A DNA stretch of 38,312 nucleotides, from NCBI RefSeq assembly GCF_001194135.2, contig NC_068997.1, forward strand, positions 3,703,032 through 3,741,343. Direction: 5' to 3'. Positions 1 through 9,520 of this stretch are shown here, piece after piece. The stretch's first letter is position 1. Each line of letters starts with the position of its first letter. The notes beneath the pieces were generated by a model, which did no database searches, was not told the origin of the DNA, and worked only from the letters and a program-made list of their open reading frames with translations. The stretch comes from Octopus bimaculoides (lineage: Eukaryota). Position numbers and translations under genes: made by a program.

Positions 1-156
1 ACTGCACACATCCTACGCAAAACACTTTCAATACAGTAACCATAAGAGCATCACAGCAAACCACAGCACATACCCAAGGTACACAGAGCTGCGCTCGGTA
101 GTGAAGTAAAAGCACGTTATAAAAATAAAACTACTGAACAATAATAATAATAATAA
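1..156 (+). mobile_element. 3' end of an R4/Dong-like non-LTR retrotransposon (ORF C-terminus, 3' UTR, (AAT)n tail)
   Basis: Bases 1-39 read TAHILRKTLSIQ-stop, matching the C-terminal (L)GTAxILRKxL motif typical of R4/Dong-clade ORFs; a ~100-bp UTR follows and ends in (AAT)n at ~140-156. Confidence 0.6.
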
Positions 157-158
157 CG

Positions 159-372
159 GTTTCAAATTTTGCCACAAGAGCAGTAAATTTTGGAGAGGGG
201 GTAAGTTGATTCCTTCGATCCCCAGTGTTCAACTGGTACTTGTTTTATCGACCCCGAAAGGATGAAAGGCAATATCGACTTCAGCAGAATTTGAACTCAG
301 AACGTAGTGGCAGACGAAATACCGCTAAGCATTTTGTTCGGCGAGCTAACGATTCTGCCAATTCACCACTTT
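159..372 (-). mobile_element. tRNA-derived SINE, family A (full-length)
   Basis: Reverse strand has an A-box-like TGGCAGAATCG, B-box GAGTTCAAATTC and the body CCTTTCGGGGTCGATAAAACAAGTACCAG shared with ~20 copies in the window. Confidence 0.85.
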
Positions 373-392
373 AATTACAAATATATTAATAA

Positions 393-480
393 TCCATTCT
401 ACTGAAAGGACAAGAACTGAAATTTAGGGGAGGGGGTAGTCGATTACATCGACTCTAGTGCGTAACTGGTACTTATTCAG
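393..480 (-). mobile_element. SINE family A, 3' fragment
   Basis: GTCGATTACATCGACTCTAGTGCGTAACTGGTACTTA matches the 3' part of other family A copies. Confidence 0.7.
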
Positions 481-547
481 TCGGCCTCGGACTCTATATC
501 TTCAGTCGGACTCTATATCTTCAGGAGGAGTTACCTCAATCCTTTCT

Positions 548-593
548 ATATAAATAAAAAAATAAATAAATAAATAAATAAAAAAATAAAAAA

Positions 594-630
<37 letters not shown>
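548..630. repeat. (AAAT)n / (TTA)n microsatellites
   Basis: Direct inspection. Confidence 0.9.
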
Positions 631-1139
631 TACAAATGTTTTCTTTGTTTCATTGACCTTAAGTTCATGAGATTGCTGGGTCTTATAAAATAATGTACAA
701 CAATACTGTTGACAACACAACTTTATAGTTTAACCTTGAAAACTGACCAATAAAGTATGTGTGGAGTGTTGACAATCCCTTACTTTCTCGCTGACACATC
801 AAACACACACACACACAAACACACACACATGAAAATACATACATACATGCATATTTACATACACAGGTACGTACATAGATATACATACATTAATATGTAT
901 GACTTGATGCACAAGCATACATACAATGGAAGTCGTAAAAATGAAAAGATTTCCAGCAGATGGGAAATGAAACTTGTTTGTGTAGTCAAGTGAAATGGGA
1001 AATCTGAGGTACCCGGGCATTTAGTCGCACAATGACAATTTGAGGGTCGATGTTTCATTACTAATAATTATTTTTGCAGTCACAAAGTGAGAGAGGGTGT
1101 AAAATACATATGCTGTGGAACATTTTTAGTCTATTTACC

Positions 1140-1295
1140 ATTCTATTGAAGTAGTTAAAGAGGCCACTTCCGAGTAACGTGTGCCTAAGTCTGATTCTCT
1201 TACGGTACATCTTAGGCGAGTATTCTCTGCTATAGTTTCTGGTCAACCAAAGCATTGAGTGTAAAATTTGGTAGACTGGAATCTATGGAAAACTG
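1140..1295 (+). mobile_element. Degenerate SINE family B 5' portion
   Basis: GCTATAGTTTCTGGTCAACCAAAGCATTGAGTGTAAAATTTGGTAGACTGGAA aligns with the family B body at 5662-6063. Confidence 0.5.
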
Positions 1296-2785
1296 TTAAA
1301 TGAGATGTAATGAGGTCTTTTAATTTTTTTCATCATACAATTCCTGCCCTATTCAACACTGCCATGTAATCCGTGGGTGCTTTCATCAGACACCTTTCTG
1401 TCGCCGGTAGTCTGGTTTTAGGATATTTCTTCCCTTTTTACAAACAACCTCAGAGTTTCTGCCAAATTGTTATGGACGCTGCATTTCTTCATGTGAATAA
1501 ACCTGAACATTAATTAAACTACTCGTATTGAAACATAATTTCTCTGTAAATTGATCTTACCTCAATAACTATCAGCTTAACACGTTAGTTTTATAAGTGT
1601 TCCAAAATTCCCGCCTTCGTGGTTGTTCGACCTGATAGAAATAGCAGCCAAATTTCCCTCAAGTCTTATCATACAAAAGAAAAATACACATATGGACTAC
1701 ACTACGCCTATATAGATAGATGAGGATAAAGAGAAGTTTTATTTCCCGATTAACCACTCTGGGCTTCCTTAAAGGTGAAATTTTCTTTTATTGGTTTATA
1801 ACGACGGGTTCTTGATTTTCCCTTGACGTGGCCAGTCACTATGTTGTCGTGGACTTGAAAGCAAATCCTGTCATATTTTATCATTCGAAACCGGCAGAAG
1901 GAGAATGGAGAAAAACAAAACTTAGAATATCGAAAGTTATTTTTTGGAGGAAGGCATCAGTACCACTCCTAGACACACATGTCCAAACAATTTTCTGTAA
2001 GACATATCCATACCTAAAGAGTAGTTTTTCCATGGGATTTATGTGGGCTTACAAAGGAACAGATCGAACCAAAATGATCTTTATAATGTCAGAATAACTT
2101 GCGTAACTACTAAATTCCACTAGGGGTGTAGTTTGTCTGACTACAATGTTTCCTTGTATGTAATCATAATACTGTTATGATTTTACTAAATACTATCTTT
2201 ATAATAGCTATAGCTTGAATAATTTTCAGATTCTAACAAATCTTGAGATAAGAATAACTACATATACTACTATATCCACCAAATTCTACAATAACTAAAT
2301 ATTACTTAACTGCTAAATGCTACCAATGATGAAATCCATTCAAGATTAATCTCAAGAGGTTGAAATTTGCTTTTAGTTCAGTCGACAGAAATTGCCATAT
2401 TTAATTACGAATGCAATCTTATCACGTGATACAGGCATGTTATTTGGAAGATCGTGTGACCACACAAACACATATACACAAACACACACACAAATATACC
2501 CACGCACACACACTCACGTGCTTCTGAATGTACAAAGCGTTAACTCATTTACTCGAAGGTGATGGTTCTCTTCATCACTTCCGTTTTTCACCCAAACATG
2601 TATGTGCATAAAACTACGTCAGTGTGATAACAGTCACTGTTAATGATTTATTATTTATAATCTAATCATAGTGGTGTACCCGATAAATTCCACTCGAACA
2701 CCATCAAATCATTCTCACTCTAAACCAGGGTGATTCATCAAATACTAACGTTGTTACCAATTCTACCCTTACTTCCTGTACTCAC

Positions 2786-2869
2786 ACATTCCAATAGTGA
2801 TTTCCATAAAAAGCTTAGCAAAAGAAACACGCCTTCTAAGGAAGGTTGTCGAAGAAGAATAACCGGATA
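2786..2869 (-). CDS. Candidate internal exon (84 nt) of an unidentified gene
   Basis: Long polypyrimidine tract ending TTTTTTTCAG and GTGAGT donor; two open frames (SGYSSSTTFLRRRVSFAKLFMEITIGM or YPVILLRQPSLEGVFLLLSFLWKSLLEC). No homology recognised. Confidence 0.3.
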
Positions 2870-2913
2870 CTGAAAAAAATAGCAAAAAGAAAAAAAAAGC
2901 TAATATTATAAAA

Positions 2914-4140
2914 CAGTGGTTTTCAGCCTTAGGGTTCCGCAAGAAGTTACATAAATGCTAAAATCGACAGTAATTTTTAATTCTCCTGTGCAGATATGTG
3001 TGTACATGTTAGGCCTACGTGTACATCTACGAGTTGCACGCCAGCGTAGATGAACTTGATCCTTGGTGTGTACATGTACATGCACATCTACAAGTTGCAT
3101 GCCAGCTTAGATGATGGTTTAGTTTTCTTTTGTAAAATACGAGTGACAATATTTGGACAATATTTTAACTGCGTAAGCCATTTAGGTGTTGTTATTAATC
3201 CGCCCTTTAAGAGATCTTTAGCTTTTTAAAAGGCGTTTTTGTAAAAGATTTTTCTTGTATGACGTGTATTAATATTTGATTAAATGTTAAGATTAAACAA
3301 TTTCAAAGAGAGTTGAATAACATATGTAGAAAAAAAGTAAGAAATAGGGAAACTGATGCTAAATTATAAGATATGTAAACATGCATAAATATTAATTCCT
3401 TACAAATTTCTAAATTAGAACAATGAACAAATAAACGATATTTTAAATTCAAATCCGAAAATCTATTTTATTATTATATGCATATTATTTAAATATAATC
3501 AAATACTTATTACTAAAAAAAAACATTAATGAAAAAGCTAAATTTTACATCATTAAACTCGCTATACTTTCAAGATCATTTTGTCCTGTCACTATTAGCC
3601 TTGCTTTTATATATATACAATTCTGCTTACAGCCTTACAAGTATGAATAGATTTCTGAAAAAAATGTAAGTTAGATGCAGATGAAGAGACGCAGAGTCTC
3701 AGGCAGTCTGTTGAAGCTGCAGCCACTATCAGTGATGCTGCCTCGTCGAAAGTACCAAGAAATGATGGAATTAACCTGCAACTAAAAGTTCGTCAATATT
3801 GTGAAAACTACACAGCCCTGGGATCTACTTGGACTGGAAACCCAGACTGCCCTTCACTTTTGCGTACTGTTTGTGGGGAGAAGCTGGCTAATAGTGCTAT
3901 GGCACCAGCCAAACTGAAATGACACTTAACAACTAAACATCCAGAGTCGTCGGGCAAAAATGAACAATATTTTAAAAGAGAATTGGCATTTAATAAAAGG
4001 CAAGTTTCTATGTTTGCCAAAAAGTTCAAGTTGAGTGACAAAGGACAAGAATCAAGTTATGCTGTGGTGGAGATAGTTGCAAGAAAAGTGAAATCATATA
4101 CCATCGCTGAAACTGTAATTTTACCTGCATGCGAGGAAAT
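2914..4140 (+). mobile_element. hAT DNA transposon (Buster/Charlie-type), 5' half
   Basis: Left terminus CAGTGGTTTTCAGCC at 2914 is preceded by TTATAAAA, which fits the nnnTAnnn Buster target consensus; a transposase N-terminus lies downstream. No right end found. Confidence 0.8.
3643..4140 (+). pseudogene. Buster/ZBED5/SCAND3-like hAT transposase N-terminus (BED zinc-finger region), disrupted
   Basis: MNRFLKK, then a +1 frameshift in the A-run at ~3658-3664, then ...[52 protein letters not shown]...SYAVVEIVARKVKSYTIAETVILPACEEI. In-frame TGA at 3920-3922 (probable CGA to TGA change). Confidence 0.85.
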
Positions 4141-4815
4141 ACGGGGATATAAACACACCAGCATCGGTTATCAAGCGATGTTGGGGAGACAAACACAGAC
4201 ACACAAACATATACACACATACATATATCCATATGTATATATNNNNNNNNNNNNNNNNNNNNNNNNNNNNNNNNNNNNNNNNNNNNNNNNNNNNNNNNNN
4301 NNNNNNNNNNNNNNNNNNNNNNNNNNNNNNNNNNNNNNNNNNNNNNNNNNNNNNNNNNNNNNNNNNNNNNNNNNNNNNNNNNNNNNNNNNNNNNNNNNNN
4401 NNNNNNNNNNNNNNNNNNNNNNNNNNNNNNNNNNNNNNNNNNNNNNNNNNNNNNNNNNNNNNNNNNNNNNNNNNNNNNNNNNNNNNNNNNNNNNNNNNNN
4501 NNNNNNNNNNNNNNNNNNNNNNNNNNNNNNNNNNNNNNNNNNNNNNNNNNNNNNNNNNNNNNNNNNNNNNNNNNNNNNNNNNNNNNNNNNNNNNNNNNNN
4601 NNNNNNNNNNNNNNNNNNATATGTCTCTCTATATATATATATATAGATACATACAATGGGCTTCTTTCGGTCCCCGTCTACCAAATCCACTTACAAGTCT
4701 TTGGTCAGCCCGAGGCTATAGTAGAAAACACTTGCCCAAGGTGGGACGCGGTGGGGCTAAACACGGGACCATGTGGTTGGTAAGCAAGCTACTTAACACA
4801 CTGACACTCCTGCGT
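4141..4815 (-). mobile_element. SINE family B (CORE-type tRNA SINE), 3' tail missing, contains assembly gap
   Basis: 4650-4815 matches the family B head and body; 4141-4200 matches the post-microsatellite part; the internal (TA/CA)n region is gapped. Confidence 0.85.
4243..4618. other. Assembly gap (N run)
   Basis: Ns. Other gaps: 10045-10809, 13192-13518, 15592-15716, 36912-36921; most abut dinucleotide repeats. Confidence 1.
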
Positions 4816-5661
4816 CTATGTACATGTATGTACATATGTATGTGTATGTGAATGTATATATGTGTGTGTGAGAGAGAAAGTGTGTGAGTATGTTTGTGTG
4901 TGCGAGAGAGTGTTGAATCTTCAACGTCATCTAAGGAAAATCACATGTGTAACCAGCCAAGAAAAATAAAACAGTAGTACAAAGAAATAAAATGCCGATG
5001 TCTTTAAAACAGCAACTACTTCAACAATGCCAGAATCACCATCCCACTACCTCCACAGATTTGAAGCAATGTGCCAACGGCCCTCAACAACAACACGCCC
5101 TGATAAACTCAGTGACTACTACTAAATTCAGGCCATTACAGGCAAAGAAGATGTTCCCGAAGCCGAGGATATTAAATTTACGGAGAGAATATTTACATAT
5201 CACCTTAAGAAAAACAACAACTAGACTTCATAATACAGAGAAACAGTTGCATAACCAAGTGCCTGTACTCTTGGAGAACTACGTGATTAAAAAATAAACG
5301 TCCGTACCCCTTCTTGTTGACTCCAATTTTTCCAATTATATTTATATATATATAAACACACACCCACACACACACACCCACACACACACACCCACACACA
5401 CACACCCACACACACACTCTAGGATACACACATATATACAGACTTAACATTCCAAATGCCTTGTGTGAGAGTTATCAAGGAATTTCTGAATGTTGTTTTC
5501 TGATAATGACTTAGTAATTTGGTTAATTAATGCATTTATCATTCTTCTTTTACAATTGCTTAATTAGAATACTTTCAAACGTGTGTCCTGTACGGCCACT
5601 TTTGAGTTATTCGTGACGCGTGAGAAAAAAGGGAGGTTTCCTTAGGCCACCAGCTACAATA

Positions 5662-6063
5662 TACTCTTTTACTCTTTTACTCTTTTACTTGTTTCAGTCA
5701 TTTGACTGCGGCCATGCTGGAGCACCGCCTTTAGTCGAGCAAATCGACCCCGGGACTTATTCTTTGTAAACCTAGTACTTATTCTATCCGTCTCTTTTTG
5801 CCGAACCGCTATAAACACAGCATCGGTTGTCAAGCAATGCTAGGAGGACAAACACAGACACACAAACACACACACACATATATATATATATACATATATA
5901 CGACGGGCTTCTTTCAGGTTCCGTCTACCAAATCCACTCACAAGGCTTTGGTCGGCCCGAGGCTATAGTAGAAAACACTTGCCCAAGGTGCCACGTAGTG
6001 GGACTGAACCCGGAACCATGTGGTTGGTAAGCAAGCTACTTACCACACAGCCACTCCTGCGCC
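5662..6063 (-). mobile_element. SINE family B, near full-length
   Basis: Reverse strand: A-box TGGCTGTGTGG, B-box GGTTCAGTCCC, CORE-like ACCTTGGGCAAG, internal (TA)/(TG)n and tail AAGGCGGTGCTCCAGCATGGCCGCAGTCAAATGACTGAAACAAGT(AAAAGAGT)n. Confidence 0.9.
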
Positions 6064-6074
6064 TATATATATAG

Positions 6075-6420
6075 TAAATCCATAAAAGAACAAACACAAA
6101 AAAAAACAACAACGTGAGGACGTGGTACAATTGATGTATTAGCAGACGCTCAGGGAGGGAAAGAAACATGGTTTAACGTTTCGAGCAGACGCTCTTCTTC
6201 GGAAACAGAGGAAAGTCCAATGGAAGGGAAGACGGTGGAAGAAAATCACCAACGATTTACATGTAGTTACATTTTGTAATGACCAGAAGTGAATGGGTAA
6301 AGAAAAAGTTCTTTCTAAGACAGGAGAGTGTAAGAGAGGGAGCTAAGTGTGGGTGTGTGCGTGCGCGCAGGTCTGTGTGAGCGTGTGCGTGTGTAATAGC
6401 ACGTGTGTACGTGTATGTGT

Positions 6421-6515
<95 letters not shown>

Positions 6516-6660
6516 TTTTGGCTGTTTATATGGGTGTGTGAATGAACTTTCAGTCGCTTATTGTTGTAGCAAGAATTTAGAAGTCGGAGTGGCTGTCTTT
6601 TGTGTCGTGTATTTCTTCACATGTGCCTAGGAAATGGTCAGTACAAAGGTGTTTGACTGG
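6075..6660 (-). mobile_element. Possible Penelope-like element remnant
   Basis: Contains a minimal hammerhead motif (6171-6206). The upstream minus-strand peptide ...DHFLGTCEEIHDTKDSHSDF only weakly resembles a GIY-YIG C-terminus. Boundaries approximate. Confidence 0.4.
6171..6206 (-). ncRNA. Minimal type-I hammerhead ribozyme motif (U4-to-C variant)
   Basis: Reverse strand: GTTT-CCGAAGA-A-GAGC(GTCT)GCTC-GAAA-CGTT-AAAC. Stem I GTTT/AAAC, stem II GAGC/GCTC, palindromic ACGT stem III. Confidence 0.6.
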
Positions 6661-7790
6661 AAGTTTGAAGTATGTGCGTGCGTATGTACGTGTGTGCGTG
6701 TATATATATGTTTGTGTGTGTTTTGTGTGTAGTGTGTGTATATGTCTGTGTGTGTGTGCGTGTGTGTGCGCATGTATGTATGTGTGAATGGGTGTGCGTG
6801 TACGTCTGTATGCGTAGGGTTGTGGGTGGGGTTTCTGTCTGCGGATTATATGTGTGTTTCTCTGTGTGCGTGTGTGTGCGTGTGTGTATATGTCCATGTA
6901 TGTGTAATTGTGTGCGTGTATGTGTGAGTGTGTGGGAGGTATGTGTGAGTGCATGTGCGTGTGTGTATGAGTGTGAGTGAGTATATCTGTGTGCGTGTGT
7001 ACATGTTTGCGTATGTGTGTGCGTGTGTGTGTGCATATGTGTGCGTGTGCATGTATGTGTGCACGTGTATGTGTGTGTGTCCGTGTGTATGTGTTGTGTG
7101 CTGTATATGTGCGTTCATGTGTGTGCGTATGTGTGTGTATGTGCGTGTAGTTGTGTGTACGTGTATGTGTGCATGTGTGTATGTGTACGTGTGTGTGTAT
7201 GTAGGTGTGTGTATGTTTGTACGTGGGGCTGCGTGTGAAAGGTATGTGTACATTCCTGTGCGTGTATGCGCGTGCGTACGGGTGCACATGTGTGTCGCGT
7301 GTGTGTGTGTGTATGTGTGTGCGTGCGTGTGTGTGTGTGTGCATGTATGTCTGTGCGCTTATTTATATGCTGTGTGCGTGTGTGTGTATGTATATGTATA
7401 TGTGTGTATGTGCGTTTGTGTATGCGTATGTGCAGGGGTTGTGTGGGTGGTTGTCTGTGGAGTATGTGTGCGTTCCTCTGTGTGTGTGTGTATGTGTGTG
7501 TGCGTGTGCGCCCGTGTTCCTGCGTGCATGTACGTGCGTGTGTGTATATGCCAATGTATGAATGTATGTATAATACGTGTGTGTGCGCGCGCGCATGCAT
7601 GTGTGTGGTGTGTGTGTGCGTGTGTGTGCGTGTTGTCTGTGTGGGAGTTATATGTGAGATATATGTGCATTGATGTGTGTGCGCGTGCGTGTATGTGGGC
7701 TTGTGTGTGTATGTATGCGTGTGTGTGTGCATGTGTGTGCCTGTGTGTGCATGTGTGTATGAACGTGTGTCTGTGAGTGTTTGTATGAGG
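6345..7790. repeat. (GT)n microsatellite plus long degenerate GT-rich satellite
   Basis: Pure (TG)n at ~6423-6512 and degenerate GT/GC/AT dinucleotide array at ~6670-7790; source of the many H/T- and C/V-rich ORFs. Confidence 0.95.
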
Positions 7791-7795
7791 TTCTG

Positions 7796-8581
7796 GGATC
7801 TTTGGGGTTTGACGGGCAACATTTGTTTTCTTATCGAAACACTTTCAAACTTGGGACACTGGTAGAATGTGTCATATAAAACAACTTCTTCTCTTAACCT
7901 TCTTAACAAAAAAATTGTACATCGCAAGTTATTCCATGTTAAAGTTGTCGTATTTCTGTAATTTCACCTAATCACTGACGTCTATTCAGCTGAATACAGT
8001 TACTGCTGTTCGGTGTCAAGTGTGTTATTCCCTGTTTAATTATATCATTATTCCCTAGTAAGGGTTTAGGGTTTTAGGGTTAGGGTTGGGGTTAGGGTTA
8101 GGGTTAGGGTTATGGTTATGAGTTATAGGGTTAGAGTTAAGGTTATGGCAAACATAATCATAACCCTAACCGTAATCCTAAAACTATCCCTAACCCTAAC
8201 CCTAACCGTAATCCTAAAACTATCCCTAACTCTAAAACCCGAACCCTAACCCTAAAACCCTAAAGCTAAAACCAGTACAAACTCACGAACGATGTCATAT
8301 ATAAGAGTAACACGGGTAGTTGTTGTTGACAAACAACGGGACCCATTTTATTCAAGGGAAAAGATCCCATGACACCGTTACGGCATTAATTGTTTTCACC
8401 TCAATAGACGTCATTGATTGGTTGAAATTACCGAAATACGACAATTTTTTTACATAAAATAACTTCGAATACAAAATTTTTTATCTGTTCTATACCACAA
8501 AATATACAAATATTCGAAGTTTGAAAGTGTTTCGGTACCAAAAACACTACAAAAAAAAAAAAAGTTGCCCGTCAAACCCCA
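7796..8581. mobile_element. Non-autonomous foldback DNA element with inverted telomere-like arrays (Merlin-like), copy 1
   Basis: GGGGTTTGACGGGCAAC (7804-7820) and GTTGCCCGTCAAACCCC (8564-8580) are a perfect inverted repeat. Degenerate arm homology continues inward to TTAGGG-type repeats (~8061-8147) facing CCCTAA-type repeats (~8160-8270). The right arm closely matches the left arm of the 23403 element. Confidence 0.8.
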
Positions 8582-8869
8582 CTGTGAGTGTTTGTATAGG
8601 GTTCTGTTATGTGGAGGTATATGTGTTACTGTGCGCGTGCTTGTGCGTGTGTGTGCGCGTGTATGCACGTGTGCGCGTGTATGCACGTGTGCGCGTGTAT
8701 ATGTGCGTGTGTGTGTGGATGTATGTGTGTGTATGTTCATGTATGTGTTGTGAGTATGTGTGTGGTGTGTGTTGTGTGTATATGTGTGTGGTAGGTATAT
8801 GTGCATTCATATGTGTGCCCGGGTGCGTGTAGTTTTTCGTGTGTGTGTAAATATACGTGTGTGTGTAAA

Positions 8870-8909
<40 letters not shown>

Positions 8910-8910
8910 C
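8582..8910. repeat. Continuation of the degenerate GT-rich satellite
   Basis: Same composition as 6670-7790; split from it by the foldback element. Confidence 0.9.
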
Positions 8911-9084
8911 GTGTATATAGAAATAAAATAAAATGTAATAAAACTAGGTTGATAGGGGATAAAACAGAAATTAATACAATTATAAAATAGCACTATTGAA
9001 ATGTTAAACAATACGAAAGGAAGAAAACGATAAAAAGGATGATAGAACATCGAGAAGGGGCAACAGTGTAAACAAGTAAGAGCG

Positions 9085-9204
9085 TAAATGGGAGGATATT
9101 TGTTCTCATCTTGTTTGTCGTTAACACAACGTTTGGGCTGATATACTCTCCAGCCTTCATCAGGTGTTCTTGGGGAAGTCTCTCATTCCTAAGGTATTTT
9201 TGGA

Positions 9205-9206
<2 letters not shown>
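9085..9206 (-). mobile_element. Family C element tail with hammerhead motif (headless copy)
   Basis: Reverse complement matches 9374-9520, with a ~14-bp internal deletion. Confidence 0.8.
9123..9168 (-). ncRNA. Minimal type-I hammerhead ribozyme motif (G12-to-C variant)
   Basis: Reverse strand: AACAC-CTGATGA-A-GGCTG(GAGAGTATAT)CAGCC-CAAA-CGTT-GTGTT. Perfect 5-bp stems I and II; GAAA is mutated to CAAA. Confidence 0.65.
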
Positions 9207-9236
<30 letters not shown>

Positions 9237-9269
9237 GCATTATTATTATTATGATGATGATGATGATGA

Positions 9270-9358
<89 letters not shown>

Positions 9359-9373
9359 GCAACAATAATAATA
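9207..9373. repeat. Compound trinucleotide microsatellite (TTA)n-(ATG)n-(CTA)n-(AAT)n
   Basis: Direct inspection. Confidence 0.95.
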
Positions 9374-9520
9374 ACATCGAAAAATACCTTAGGATTGAGA
9401 ACCCAGGTTTGAAATTTCCCCAATACACCTGAAGAATGCTGAAGGGTATATCAGACGAAACGTTGTGTTAACAACAAACAAGATGATGACAAATATTCGT
9501 CGAATGTAAATAATGTAAAA
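9374..9520 (+). mobile_element. Family C element tail with hammerhead motif (headless copy)
   Basis: ATCGAAAAATACCTTAGGATTGAGAACCCAGG, then hammerhead, then tail ending TGTAAATAATGT; the first ~40 bp match 13652-13691. Confidence 0.8.
9425..9469 (+). ncRNA. Minimal type-I hammerhead ribozyme motif (intact core, weakened stem II)
   Basis: ACAC-CTGAAGA(9429-9435)-A-TGCTGA..TCAGAC-GAAA(9457-9460)-CGTT-GTGT. Predicted cleavage after GUU (9462-9464); two mismatches at the base of stem II. Confidence 0.65.

Noticed and set aside
487-524. 19-bp tandem duplication TCGGACTCTATATCTTCAG
   Set aside because: It is real but an ordinary short duplication; the CTGAAGA on the minus strand lacks the stem II and GAAA needed for a hammerhead.
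1828-2097. Ulp1-like protease fragment (HYVVVDLK...IFYHS)
   Set aside because: Only a short motif matches, with no catalytic Gln/Cys region, and the ORF starts at GTG.
4992-5297. 101-aa ORF as a gene or retroelement fragment
   Set aside because: No recognisable motif or splice signals; composition is explained by A/C-rich sequence.
8061-8270. Ancestral chromosome end-to-end fusion site
   Set aside because: The inverted telomeric arrays lie inside transposon-like inverted arms shared with a second copy at 23403.
6347-8990. Many long ORFs rich in His/Thr or Cys/Val
   Set aside because: They are translations of (CA)/(GT) repeats, open in several frames on both strands.
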